This document shows, in pieces, positions 9,487 through 19,834 of a stretch of 64,000 nt of DNA (position 1 is its first letter; the number at the start of each line of letters is the position of its first letter). The notes beneath the pieces were generated by a model, which worked only from the letters and a program-made list of their open reading frames with translations, searched no databases and was not told the origin of the DNA. The translations under genes were made by a program, and so were the position numbers. Source of the stretch: a virus. Taxonomy: Duplodnaviria > Heunggongvirae > Uroviricota > Caudoviricetes. The stretch is taken from positions 253,946 to 317,945 of IMG/VR virus record IMGVR_UViG_3300028898_000252; one strand, given 5' to 3'.

Positions 9487-11513
9487 TTTTTATCTTCTTC
9501 TTTCACTTCTTCAACGCTATCATTATGATCGAATATTTGATATGTAACATATTTTTCATTTTCGTCATTTGAAAAAATTTCTCCATCTCGATATAAAATT
9601 TCTAGAAAATCCATTGCATGACATTTGTTGATCAAACTAAACGGTAGTTTCTTTTTATTCTCAATAGTTTTAGGAACACACTCTTCCAAAGTAAAAGAAC
9701 TAAAAACAGTAATTTCATTCTTTTCCAAATCTAAAGAATCAAAAACATAAGGATGTAATCCTATTCCAACAACATCTCCTTTTTTCCAAGAAGACAATAT
9801 CTCTACTACTTTATCTCTGTCTTGTAACAAACCATTTGGTTCGGGAGACACATCAAAAGAATATTCCAAATTCTTTTCTTCATAGAAGATATTTCCAAAA
9901 GAGTTATATTTCGATACATGATTTTTATGTATTTTGTTTTTAACTTTGATTTCTTTTACAAGTTTTGGAGTTTGTTCGCCTTTTTTATCCGCATTTTCTG
10001 ATTGCATTTTTCTACCTGCTAATTTAGCCACGCAGTTTTCCGCTGTCAAGCTCATAGAAAAAGCATATTCTTTTGCATTATCTAACTTCAATATTTTATC
10101 AGTTACTTTAGAATTGAAGAATAAAAGAATTTTCAAGTCAGTTTCTTCGTGTATTTTTTCTATAAAATTTTTTCTATTTAAAGTTTTATTTAAGAACTTA
10201 AATAAAAAGTTTCCAAATTTTAGTTTTAACTTAAATAAAAGTTCATCACTGTTTATAAAATCAATTCCGAATCCTACTTTTTCTTCTTTTGAATTTCCTT
10301 TTCCGAAGTATTTTACTCCTCGATATTTTCGTTTCTGGAAACCGAGTCCGTTAAAAACGGTTGCCCAATTTTGATATTTTGTATTCACATAATTCCATAA
10401 AGGAACATCGAAAAACAGTTTTTTCATTACTTCGGAACGGTATTCTATATATTCGGTAATTGTTTTTCCAGTATATTTTTCTGTTAATTGTTTTTTAACG
10501 ACTCCATACTTTAATATAAAATTTTCCAATTCATTAAAAAACTTTTTATATTTTATAAACTCATCTTGATTTCGTTCAATAAAACCTAAATTTATCAATT
10601 TTTTAGCCCATATTTCAGACGCTTTTTCAAGAGAAAAATTATTTTTAACATTAATTGCATCATTTTTTTTATAATAAACAACACTTGAAACAACTTTATC
10701 AAGTTCTTCATCTGTAAATGAAGATTTATCTTCCATTCGTTCTCTTATTTTCAAAGCATAAGTTTTTATAGCAGAAACAAAATTTAAATCAGAACTTAAA
10801 TTAAATTTTGCAATTTGCATTAATTCTTTAAACAAAGTATCATTTCTTTTGCCTTTAGGGATTATTTTATCTGATAAATTTAAAGATGAACTATTTTGAG
10901 AGTAAACGATCTCTTGTTTTTTACCAACAAATGATTCTTTATTGTTTTCAAAAGACTGTAAAAAAGATATAATCCAATCTGGCATTGGACGTATTTCTTG
11001 GCCATTCCACTCATATCTATTTAATGATTTATGAAGAGATCCAACAGTAACAGCATATCTTCCATCAGATAAAATATCAAAGCCTCTCATATCTGGCTTT
11101 ATTTTAGATTTGATCTCAATAGAAGAGTCTAAAATAAAATAAAAATGCATTCCTTTTCCTGTCAGAACTTCACAGGTATTTTCCTTTTTTAAACTTTCAA
11201 TTAAATCTTTCTCAGTTTCCATGTTGTCAAAATCTAAAATAACAAGGCGTTTTGTTTTTGAACGATTTAATCCAGTTTGAACAGCCATGTTATACTGATT
11301 CTTATTTATTAGATCGATATAATATTGGATAGTATCTGTCGACACATTTAAATCCTTTACAAAATCTTTATTTTTCCATTTTCCTTTTGGATGTTTTCCT
11401 TTACTAATGCATAAACTCGATCCACAGGTACAGATACCATCCTCAGTAATAGAGTTTAATAGAATTAAAATAAACTCGTTCTGATGTGCAATGGAGGAAT
11501 AAAAAGACCGCAT
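9483..11513 (-). CDS. bifunctional primase-polymerase (Prim-Pol) domain protein with PriCT-like region
   Basis: CTCG...C..KGKHP, LVILDFD, TGKGMHFYF, GSLH, GKRNDTLF. Confidence 0.8.
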   Translation of the reverse strand: MRSFYSSIAHQNEFILILLNSITEDGICTCGSSLCISKGKHPKGKWKNKDFVKDLNVSTDTIQYYIDLINKNQYNMAVQTGLNRSKTKRLVILDFDNMETEKDLIESLKKENTCEVLTGKGMHFYFILDSSIEIKSKIKPDMRGFDILSDGRYAVTVGSLHKSLNRYEWNGQEIRPMPDWIISFLQSFENNKESFVGKKQEIVYSQNSSSLNLSDKIIPKGKRNDTLFKELMQIAKFNLSSDLNFVSAIKTYALKIRERMEDKSSFTDEELDKVVSSVVYYKKNDAINVKNNFSLEKASEIWAKKLINLGFIERNQDEFIKYKKFFNELENFILKYGVVKKQLTEKYTGKTITEYIEYRSEVMKKLFFDVPLWNYVNTKYQNWATVFNGLGFQKRKYRGVKYFGKGNSKEEKVGFGIDFINSDELLFKLKLKFGNFLFKFLNKTLNRKNFIEKIHEETDLKILLFFNSKVTDKILKLDNAKEYAFSMSLTAENCVAKLAGRKMQSENADKKGEQTPKLVKEIKVKNKIHKNHVSKYNSFGNIFYEEKNLEYSFDVSPEPNGLLQDRDKVVEILSSWKKGDVVGIGLHPYVFDSLDLEKNEITVFSSFTLEECVPKTIENKKKLPFSLINKCHAMDFLEILYRDGEIFSNDENEKYVTYQIFDHNDSVEEVKEEDKK

Positions 11514-11631
11514 GGGAGATAAGTAAGTTACACTTTATCACTATCAATACTCTAATCTATTCCTCCCTCCCAAACCCTCTTAGTGTAGTGACCACAAAAC
11601 GGAGATTATCTCTATACTACTTAAAGAAGTA

Positions 11632-12339
11632 ATGTCAAGCTATTTGAATAAGAGTAGAATAAGAAAAGTTTATGGCTATCAGCGGTACGAACCAAAAAAT
11701 ACTCAAGTTGTTATTGATGAAAATGGAACAATTCAAACGATTGATATTTCGAAAATAAAAATTGATAGACAATTTTATTTAATGCCTGGAAAAAAAGAAT
11801 ATGCTATATTACCAACAAGTTCTTTTTTTTCTGGAGAATATCTAGAAGAAGTTTTTCATATCTCTTCTTTTGCGACAGCTTCTTCCATTACATTTTCTAC
11901 TCCATTTTCTTCTAAGCCTATTGTCACAATAGAATTTTTAACAAGTTCAAATAATCTTTATAATATTTCAAATTTTGTAAAAAATATAGCGACCACTGGA
12001 TTTGACATTCAATATTCTTCTGAATTTTCTGGTTCCTTTGTTTGTAGAGCTGTTTATGCTGCAAATTATCCTATAATTGTTGAAAGATTACCTCGACTAT
12101 CTTCTAATTATTATACAGCTTCAGCAGGGATAGTTTCATTAAACAATAGCGATAATTCAACAATAACTTATAATAGTCTACTTGGAGATCCTACAGAACT
12201 ATTTTTAGGTCTAGAAGATGGTGGAACTAACTTAAGTCAAGTTTATCCTTCTCTGTCTGGTTCTCTATCTACAACTACAGCAAGTATTAATATTTCTTCT
12301 CAAACAGATTCAACTTTAAATTTTATAGTTGTTAAATAA
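11632..12339 (+). CDS. putative virion structural protein
   Basis: Ser/Thr-rich beta-type sequence (FSTPFSSKPIV), next to a fibre-like gene, preceded by TACTTA. Confidence 0.55.
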   Translation: MSSYLNKSRIRKVYGYQRYEPKNTQVVIDENGTIQTIDISKIKIDRQFYLMPGKKEYAILPTSSFFSGEYLEEVFHISSFATASSITFSTPFSSKPIVTIEFLTSSNNLYNISNFVKNIATTGFDIQYSSEFSGSFVCRAVYAANYPIIVERLPRLSSNYYTASAGIVSLNNSDNSTITYNSLLGDPTELFLGLEDGGTNLSQVYPSLSGSLSTTTASINISSQTDSTLNFIVVK

Positions 12340-12367
12340 CGTTACCAACTTAATTATTAAAGAGAAA

Positions 12368-14488
12368 ATGGCAATAGATTTTAGAGCTAATCAAATTAGA
12401 GTTGAAAAAATAATTTCTTCTGGATCAACAATTATAATTTATCCATCTGGCGCTGCTTCTGACTTAGCAGGCACAATTAACACTGGTATTTTTCCTCAAA
12501 CAGGATTTGGCTCAGATGTTTTCCTTTTTGTTTCTGGTGGAGTAACTCGTGGAGGTACATCCAAAAACGTAAGTCTTTTTGGAGGAATTTTAGTTTCTTC
12601 TGGAGCTATTTATGCTTTAGCTGGATTAAGCGGATCTCATACTAAATTAGCTGATGGAACTTCATATCTTATTGCTTCTGGTGCTGTAACAATTGTTACA
12701 AATTCAAATGGAAGTATAACAATTGGTTCTACAGGTGGCGGGGCTTCTTTTAGTTTTAATTCTACTTCAATAGCTTATTCTGGTTCTAGCGGATTAACTG
12801 GAAGCGGCAATTTTATTTTTAATGATAATACTGGAACAATTAAAATTTTTGAAGCAGAAGATGGTTTAGAAATTACAAGAAATACATTAAAAGTTTCTGA
12901 TCCAACAACTGAAACTGGGGCAAAAGATTTTACTATTAATGGCTCAAATGCTATAGTTTCTGGTTCTGGTGGAGCAATAACAGTAAATGCGGGAAATTCG
13001 GGATATTACGAAGGTGTTCCAAATACAGGTGGCGCTATTTCTTTAAATGCTGGTTCTGGTTCAAATGTCACCGATACATTTGTTCAAAGTGCTGGAACAG
13101 GTGGTTCAATTACATTAACTCCTGGAGCTGGTGGTTCTTCTTATGGAACTGCTCGCGGAGGAACTGGTGGATCTCTTATTTTTAATGGTTCATTTGGCGG
13201 AAATAGTTTTTCAAGCTATGGTGGTGCTGGAAGTAATATTTATATAACTGCTGGTTCCGCTGGTTCAGGTTCCGCTGGTTCAGGTTTAGGTGGTAATATT
13301 GAAATAACATCTGGACCGCCTTATTTTGGTTTCGCAGATGCAGACTCAGGTTATCTAAAACTTAATGTTGGTTATAGAACATTATCAACAACATTAAGCA
13401 GCGCTTCAATTAGAATTGATTCTGATGGTTTTGCAAGAAATGTTATATTTGGATTCGATCACATTTCTGTTGGTGGGATAACAGATTCTTACTTTATTGT
13501 TTCTGGTAGCCCAACTAGAAATGCACTTTTCATGAGCGATCTCATTTCTTCTGCTTCTATTAAAGCTATAACTGGATTTTCTGGTTCTCATACTAAATTA
13601 GTTGATGGAACTTCATATCTTATTGCTGCTGGTGGTATTACTATCACAACACAGTCAAACGGCTCAATTGAAATTTCGTCGAGCGCTGGTGGAAGTAGTT
13701 TACCTTCTGCTTCAAATGGAAGTGTGCTTGCTTATTCAAGCGATACTTGGGCTGCATCAAATGTTGGATCATTAGGACAACCACTTGTTTCATCTGGATC
13801 TGGTCAAGCTTTGTTTTCTAATGTTGTAGCTCCTTTAAGAATTGGAAATGGCTCTACGGCAACATTAGATGCGGACATGGCATTTGGATTGGGATATAAC
13901 TATAAAGCTATCAAAATAAGAGATTTTTTTAACTCGACATGGTTAAATATTTGGAGTAAAAATGGATCTAACTATTGGACATATGGAACAACCGATGCGA
14001 CAAACTCTAGTGGGACAATTCTTTATGCTCCGTCAAGTGCCAATTTTTATATTTATACGGGTGCCTCATTACATTTTCAAATTTCTGCTGGAGCTCTTAC
14101 TGTTGGAACCACCTCGGATTCTACAACAATAAGAGGAAATCCATTAACTATAGGCTTAACAACCGTTGTGGCAACATATCAGGGTGGAGCAAAAATACCA
14201 GAAACGACAATTTCTTCAAATACAACTCTTGACGCTTCTCATGAAGTTGTATTTGTTGACGCTTCTTCTGCACACGTCACAGCATCTTTGCCAGCGGGTT
14301 CAACAGGAAGAATATTATCAATACAAAGAATTTCTGGTTCAAATGATGTTGTTGTTGTCAGAGGAAGTTCTGACACAATTAGAGCATACGGAACAGCAGG
14401 ATTAACAGAATATAAAATTTCAGACAATGCTCGAAGAGGTTTAATTTTTAGATCTTCTGGAACAGAATGGGTTTTCGAGGTGGCGTAA
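12368..14488 (+). CDS. Gly/Ser-rich tail fibre-like virion protein
   Basis: GG.I...AG repeats; internal duplicated block SGSHTKL.DGTSYLIA; C-terminal VFVDASS..VT..LP module; start placed at MAIDF. Confidence 0.7.
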   Translation: MAIDFRANQIRVEKIISSGSTIIIYPSGAASDLAGTINTGIFPQTGFGSDVFLFVSGGVTRGGTSKNVSLFGGILVSSGAIYALAGLSGSHTKLADGTSYLIASGAVTIVTNSNGSITIGSTGGGASFSFNSTSIAYSGSSGLTGSGNFIFNDNTGTIKIFEAEDGLEITRNTLKVSDPTTETGAKDFTINGSNAIVSGSGGAITVNAGNSGYYEGVPNTGGAISLNAGSGSNVTDTFVQSAGTGGSITLTPGAGGSSYGTARGGTGGSLIFNGSFGGNSFSSYGGAGSNIYITAGSAGSGSAGSGLGGNIEITSGPPYFGFADADSGYLKLNVGYRTLSTTLSSASIRIDSDGFARNVIFGFDHISVGGITDSYFIVSGSPTRNALFMSDLISSASIKAITGFSGSHTKLVDGTSYLIAAGGITITTQSNGSIEISSSAGGSSLPSASNGSVLAYSSDTWAASNVGSLGQPLVSSGSGQALFSNVVAPLRIGNGSTATLDADMAFGLGYNYKAIKIRDFFNSTWLNIWSKNGSNYWTYGTTDATNSSGTILYAPSSANFYIYTGASLHFQISAGALTVGTTSDSTTIRGNPLTIGLTTVVATYQGGAKIPETTISSNTTLDASHEVVFVDASSAHVTASLPAGSTGRILSIQRISGSNDVVVVRGSSDTIRAYGTAGLTEYKISDNARRGLIFRSSGTEWVFEVA

Positions 14489-14489
14489 T

Positions 14490-15203
14490 ATGCATTCTAT
14501 TTCAACTAATATTATGATAGACCAACTTCCCAGAGCCTTTGGCTCTGGGAGTCTTGTTGCTTGGTATCGCGGGGATCAAGTAGTCTATGACGGAAGTAAT
14601 AAAGTATCCAAATGGACGGATAAATCGGGGAATGGTTATCACCTTCTTCAATCAAACGCCTCTTACAAACCAACTTTTGTTGCATCTATTGCAGGAAAAA
14701 ACAGAAAACCTGGAGTTGAAGCGGTTTCAACTGGTGAATATTTGCAATGTGCTAACTTTGTAATGCCAGTTGCTAAAACTGTTGTAATTGTTGTCGGTAG
14801 TTTCACGGCTGGAGCTTATGTGTCTTCACTTTATACTGGTGGTATTGAATATTTCTATGCTTATCACCCTTCAACAGCAACATTTTACAACAAAGATAAT
14901 CTTGGTGGTGCCCATTATATGACATGTGCTGGTGCGAATTTTTTTCAAGCAAACACAGATCATATTCTCATGTACGACCTAACAACCCCTTCTCTTTATA
15001 GAAATAATGTTGCACTTGGAGGATCTATTACAGGTTCGCCGCTTACGAACGCAACAAAAACAGGAGACCTTAGCCTGTTTTCAGCTTGGTCTGGTGGATC
15101 TGGTTCAAGAATGCAAATCCTCGAAGTTATTATATACAATAAAGCTTTAAGCGCAGCCGAAAGAAATTCTTTAAACAATTACCTCAATGCAAGATATGGA
15201 TAA
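14490..15203 (+). CDS. LamG/concanavalin-like virion protein
   Basis: LVAWY, VSKWTDKSGNG, EVIIYNKALS..ER....YL..RYG. Confidence 0.75.
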   Translation: MHSISTNIMIDQLPRAFGSGSLVAWYRGDQVVYDGSNKVSKWTDKSGNGYHLLQSNASYKPTFVASIAGKNRKPGVEAVSTGEYLQCANFVMPVAKTVVIVVGSFTAGAYVSSLYTGGIEYFYAYHPSTATFYNKDNLGGAHYMTCAGANFFQANTDHILMYDLTTPSLYRNNVALGGSITGSPLTNATKTGDLSLFSAWSGGSGSRMQILEVIIYNKALSAAERNSLNNYLNARYG

Positions 15204-15205
15204 AA

Positions 15206-17683
15206 TTATAATAATTCGCTTGCGATAGTCGCAAGTTTACTTCGTTCACCTTTTACAAGAGAGATGTGACCAGCTATTTCTTCACCTTTAAATTTTTCGA
15301 TTGCGATAACAAGTCCATTTGTAAATTTATTTAAATAAGTGCTATCAATTTGGTTGTGATCTCCAAGAAGAACAATTTTTGTTCCTTCCCCAACTCTTGT
15401 TAAAATTGTTTTCATTTCGTGCAAACTTAAGTTTTGACTTTCATCAACAAGAAATATACATTTAGGAATTGAACGACCCCTAACGAATGTCGTTGCTTCA
15501 ACTTGAATTATGCCGCGATCAAACAAGTCTTGCATAGCAAAAGAATGCTTTAGGTTTTCACTTTTCTTTGATTTGGTTGCACCTTTAGAAATTGCATCAT
15601 CAATGTTTTCATTTAAAAGGAATTCAAGATTATCTTTAAATGGAGCAATCCAAGGGTCCATTTTTTCACCCAAAGTCCCAGGAAGAGCTCCTATATCTTT
15701 TCCAAGAGGTTGAATATTTCTAGTAATTAATATTTTATTATATTTTCTTTTTGTTAAAGTTAGTTCAAGAGCTGCGGCGAGAGAAATTAATGTATTGTGA
15801 GTAACAATGTAGTCGTCAGTAACATATAGGTGATCTTTCGCATCAACACTTATACACTGCGCGAATTTTTTTCCAATCAATTCAACTTTTTCAATTGTTC
15901 TTACTGGTTGATATTTCGTTCTCTCTTTGAATTTAGTACTTTTTCTACTAAGTTTAAAAGGTATAATACCTGTTGGCAAAGATATACGAACAGCGAAAGA
16001 TGGTCTTCCATTTTTCTTTTCTTTTTTATGAGGATATTTTGTCTGTTTATTACAAATAACAGCTTTTCCACCAAAAGACCAAACAAGTTCTTGAATATCA
16101 GAAGCAAGTTTATGCGAGGTTGTATAGAAAATTGTTGTTCGGCCTTCTTTGTCTACATATCCATCTGTATCCATAAGTCCTTGCAATACTTTTAATCGAA
16201 TTTCCGAACTGTTATACTTATAAATTTCAGGAATAAATTTGTCCCATGAATGTTTATCAATTAAACCTAATTCTTTTAATTGACTTTGAACAAAATTTAC
16301 TCCTTTTTCTTTTAAAATTTCTTGTACTTCATTTATAATTTCTGTATCGGTGCTTAAAAGATTTATTGTACCATTTGTAAAACATCTATCTCCAAGTAAT
16401 ACTCCTAAAACATAAGGATCTAATTGAACTGATTTTTTAGGAAAATCAATATTGTTAACCATCGGTATTTCATATATTTTTCTATTGTGAATAGTTTTTA
16501 AACCGTCTTTAATTTCTTTTAAAGAAACAACTTTTGATATTCTTTTTCCTTTTGGTTTTCTATTATCTTCTACTTTCCATAAGTGATCTTCGCAACATTC
16601 TGTGCTAGAACCGTCTGAAAATGTAACTCGATATATGTCTTTAATACCTTGAGGATAAACACCCGTTACTTTAGTTTTTTTGCCATTCTTTCCAATCACA
16701 AAATCTCCTTTTTTAATTTGGCCCATCGTAGTCCAGCCTAAAGGGGTCAAAATTTTAGCATCGAGAGGCTGAGCTTTGCCTGCCCCCGATCTAGAACTCA
16801 CAGTAACCAAACTAATAGAATCATCCATAAGAAGGTCAAGTAAAAATGCCTGTTCCATATTTTTACTTTTTATATTCCAGGTACCAGCTTGAAATGGAAC
16901 AAAATGAAGTGGTTTTCCAGGTTTAAGAAATCTCCCAGCTATTTTAACATCAGACTCATCAGATTCAAAAACGATAAATTGATTTGGATACAAACCTTTT
17001 TCTTCTTCTTCGGTTAAAATAATATTATTTTTATCTTGATAAAATTTATCCATCTCTTCTTTTGAGATTTTGAAAGTTTTAATACCAGTATAAAACTCAG
17101 ATTCTGATGCAGGCATATTAAGAATTTTGCTTATATCTTTTGAAAGTTTTTTATAATCTTCACATTCAACACCGACAGAAATGGCCTTAATTCTTAAAAG
17201 CAAATCCCGAGTAACAAGAATAACTTTTTCGCTTGAATACTTTTGTTTATATTCTAGACAAAATTGAACGATTTTATTATCGCCCTTGGAATAATCCAGT
17301 TCTGGAATTGAAATAATAACATTTGACTCTAAATCTTTTTGATTTAAAATCTTTAATTTTCCAAGTTTTTTTCCAAGTGATATTCCTGTTTTAACATCAT
17401 TTTTATTTTCTTTGACAAATTCAATTAACTGTCTTGAAATTTCTCTGGCATTTTTACCGACATCATCTTGTTTATCTTTAAACCTATCTAATTCTTCAAC
17501 AACAATCAAAGGCAGAACAATATCATTATTTTGAAATGATCTTAAACATTCTGCATCGGATAATAAAACATTTGTATCTAAAATAAAAGTTTTTTTTGAT
17601 TCGCTACTTGAACTTTTTTTAGATGGTTTTTTCATTTTTATTTTCACTTTTGTTCCTTTTTTGGAGTTATTTTTTTGGTACAA
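15206..17683 (-). CDS. phoH: PIN-PhoH family ATPase containing an intein
   Basis: FILDTNVLL and VEELD (PIN); GAGK|T P-loop split by the intein; GALPG, RGRS, DESQN, GDHNQID. Confidence 0.92.
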   Translation of the reverse strand: MYQKNNSKKGTKVKIKMKKPSKKSSSSESKKTFILDTNVLLSDAECLRSFQNNDIVLPLIVVEELDRFKDKQDDVGKNAREISRQLIEFVKENKNDVKTGISLGKKLGKLKILNQKDLESNVIISIPELDYSKGDNKIVQFCLEYKQKYSSEKVILVTRDLLLRIKAISVGVECEDYKKLSKDISKILNMPASESEFYTGIKTFKISKEEMDKFYQDKNNIILTEEEEKGLYPNQFIVFESDESDVKIAGRFLKPGKPLHFVPFQAGTWNIKSKNMEQAFLLDLLMDDSISLVTVSSRSGAGKAQPLDAKILTPLGWTTMGQIKKGDFVIGKNGKKTKVTGVYPQGIKDIYRVTFSDGSSTECCEDHLWKVEDNRKPKGKRISKVVSLKEIKDGLKTIHNRKIYEIPMVNNIDFPKKSVQLDPYVLGVLLGDRCFTNGTINLLSTDTEIINEVQEILKEKGVNFVQSQLKELGLIDKHSWDKFIPEIYKYNSSEIRLKVLQGLMDTDGYVDKEGRTTIFYTTSHKLASDIQELVWSFGGKAVICNKQTKYPHKKEKKNGRPSFAVRISLPTGIIPFKLSRKSTKFKERTKYQPVRTIEKVELIGKKFAQCISVDAKDHLYVTDDYIVTHNTLISLAAALELTLTKRKYNKILITRNIQPLGKDIGALPGTLGEKMDPWIAPFKDNLEFLLNENIDDAISKGATKSKKSENLKHSFAMQDLFDRGIIQVEATTFVRGRSIPKCIFLVDESQNLSLHEMKTILTRVGEGTKIVLLGDHNQIDSTYLNKFTNGLVIAIEKFKGEEIAGHISLVKGERSKLATIASELL
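15794..16774 (-). mobile_element. class 3 (Ala1, WCT) intein with LAGLIDADG domain, 327 aa
   Basis: Starts AQPLDAKI; block B CCEDHLW; LQGLMDTDG; block F QCISV; ends VTHN followed by Thr. Confidence 0.88.
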
Positions 17684-17957
17684 AAACTAAATTGTATTTT
17701 ATTTTTTTTAGATTTTCTCGCCGCTCAAGTTGTAATGTATTTATTGCCCTATATAGAAAAAGACTTATGGTTCTTAACCTTGTAAGTTTTTTTCTTGTTC
17801 GTCTACCTGCGGAAAATATACCTTTGGTAAGAAATTTGTTAAAGTCTCTATTAATAAACTTTAACAAAACATCAAATTCTTTTTTAAGAAGATAAGGATT
17901 ATTTTTAATAGTTTCAAGATCGATGGGATAATATTTTTCCATTTTCTTTTTTGGCAT
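17667..17957 (-). CDS. small basic protein, histone H1-like (Hc1-type) resemblance
   Basis: KF..KG..SAGRRTRKKL pattern; highly basic. Confidence 0.45.
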   Translation of the reverse strand: MPKKKMEKYYPIDLETIKNNPYLLKKEFDVLLKFINRDFNKFLTKGIFSAGRRTRKKLTRLRTISLFLYRAINTLQLERRENLKKIKYNLVFVPKK

Positions 17958-17958
17958 T

Positions 17959-18420
17959 TTATTTTCTTAGAACTGTCATGATAAAATTAATTATCTGCAA
18001 TGTAAATCCACCTAAAATGATCCACATAAATTTTGAAAAATTTTCATGAAAATCAACAGAGCTTTTAATTTTTTCAAGATCTTTTCCACCAATTGTTTTA
18101 AGTTGTTTAGTGATCTCGTTAAGATCTTTTTGTTCTTTTGTCTCTTCTTTTTTCTCGGCAGGAATTTCAAATTTTTTCTCGATAGAACAAATTGTCTTGT
18201 TAATACTCTCAAGAGTATTTTCCATTTTCAACATTCTGGGATATATTCCCGTTTCTGGGTCTGTTAATTTTTCAACCCTTAACTCAACTTCTGAAAGATC
18301 TTTTGCCAACGAATCTATCTTTGCCACCGTTTCCCCACCAAGAACGGGAGATTTTTCTAATTTATCTAGTCTGTTAACGACCTTGAGTAATAGTCCAATC
18401 GGTTCTCGTTCTTCTGACAT
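17959..18420 (-). CDS. coiled-coil protein with C-terminal transmembrane helix
   Basis: Heptad-like body; FMWIILGGFTLQIINFIM tail. Confidence 0.55.
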   Translation of the reverse strand: MSEEREPIGLLLKVVNRLDKLEKSPVLGGETVAKIDSLAKDLSEVELRVEKLTDPETGIYPRMLKMENTLESINKTICSIEKKFEIPAEKKEETKEQKDLNEITKQLKTIGGKDLEKIKSSVDFHENFSKFMWIILGGFTLQIINFIMTVLRK

Positions 18421-18454
18421 TTTAACAATCCTTGTTTAAATTACAAAGTTAACT

Positions 18455-19834
18455 ATGTTGAATAGAATACCAAAAAATAAATTAATTGAAAATGATAAAT
18501 TTTTTAATGAAATCAAGGAATTAATCAATGAAAAATTTTCTTTAATTTTAAATCAAGATAGAGCAAAAAATTTTTATATTGAGAAGTATAATTTGTTTGA
18601 AAATATAAGATCTTCAAAATTCTTATTCAACTATTTAAGAAATTTCAATAAAGAAAATGATGTTGAACGACTTTTTATAGAAATTTTTTATAAAATATTA
18701 GCAGACTCAGAAAAAGCAATAAACGGTTCTTCTTTTTTCACTTTTTACTTTATATTAAATTTCATATTAATGGAAGAAGAGACCAAATTAAATTTCACAA
18801 AACAATTTTATAAAATTCTTGAAGAAAACAACTTTGATGTACCAAACAAAAATGAATTTGACATTTATGTAAAAAACTTATTCGAACAAAAACCTAAGTG
18901 GTATTATGAATTATACAAAAAAATGAATGAATTATCTGGTCTTAGAAATCAAATAATATTAAAACAATCGAATTCATTAAATCTCGTATTGGAAACCAAA
19001 TCAGGATATCATTTTAACGGAACAATACATCCTATTTTTTTTAAAAACGGAATTAAAACAATAGAAATTAATGATTTTAAACCAATAATTGTTGACGGAA
19101 TAATAGAAAACTCTTCTGAAATATTTAATATTTTAAATTATTCATATGAAACAAAGACACCAATTTTATTAATTTCACAAAAGTTTAGTGAAGAAGTTCT
19201 TAATATTATTGCAGCGAATTATACAAGAAACAATGTTCCAATTTATCCAATTGAATTAGAAACGTCTCTTTTTACATTAAATCAGGTAACTGACTTATCA
19301 GTTATTTGTAAAACATTACCAATTTCTGTTTTAAGTGGCGAATCTCTTATTACAAAAAATGCGAAAGATATACAGATTGTTGAAAAATGTATTATCAGAC
19401 AAGATAGCTTTATTATTGAAAATAAAAGTTCTAGACAAGATGTAGAAAATCACATTAGATTCTTAATAAAACGAAAACAAGAAAAAACAGAAGAATATAA
19501 GTCTATTGAAATAGATGACTATAATAAACTATATGATTCTCGAATTGAAAAACTTCTAGGAAGTATTATTGAGGTACAAATTCCAAAAACTTGGTCTAAA
19601 ACGAAAATTACTGAATTTTCGTCTTTTTTTGACAATGTTTTAAAAACAACAAAAAATTATTATACGCATGGATTAGCAAATGAAAAACTGCTGAATCTAA
19701 TGAATAATTTACCACTAAAAACAAATTTAATTTCTTCTCAGGAGCTACTATTACAAATTATTTACGGAATTAAGTTTGCGAGTAGTTTTACGGATACTTT
19801 AAATAAAGTAAATGGGGCTATAATCCAAATTTAA
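18455..19834 (+). CDS. divergent GroEL/chaperonin-like protein
   Basis: GYHF, IIVDGIIE..SEI..IL, PILLIS..FSEEVL, DLSVIC, RIEKL resemble the GroEL apical domain; GDGTT motif absent. Confidence 0.55.
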   Translation: MLNRIPKNKLIENDKFFNEIKELINEKFSLILNQDRAKNFYIEKYNLFENIRSSKFLFNYLRNFNKENDVERLFIEIFYKILADSEKAINGSSFFTFYFILNFILMEEETKLNFTKQFYKILEENNFDVPNKNEFDIYVKNLFEQKPKWYYELYKKMNELSGLRNQIILKQSNSLNLVLETKSGYHFNGTIHPIFFKNGIKTIEINDFKPIIVDGIIENSSEIFNILNYSYETKTPILLISQKFSEEVLNIIAANYTRNNVPIYPIELETSLFTLNQVTDLSVICKTLPISVLSGESLITKNAKDIQIVEKCIIRQDSFIIENKSSRQDVENHIRFLIKRKQEKTEEYKSIEIDDYNKLYDSRIEKLLGSIIEVQIPKTWSKTKITEFSSFFDNVLKTTKNYYTHGLANEKLLNLMNNLPLKTNLISSQELLLQIIYGIKFASSFTDTLNKVNGAIIQI

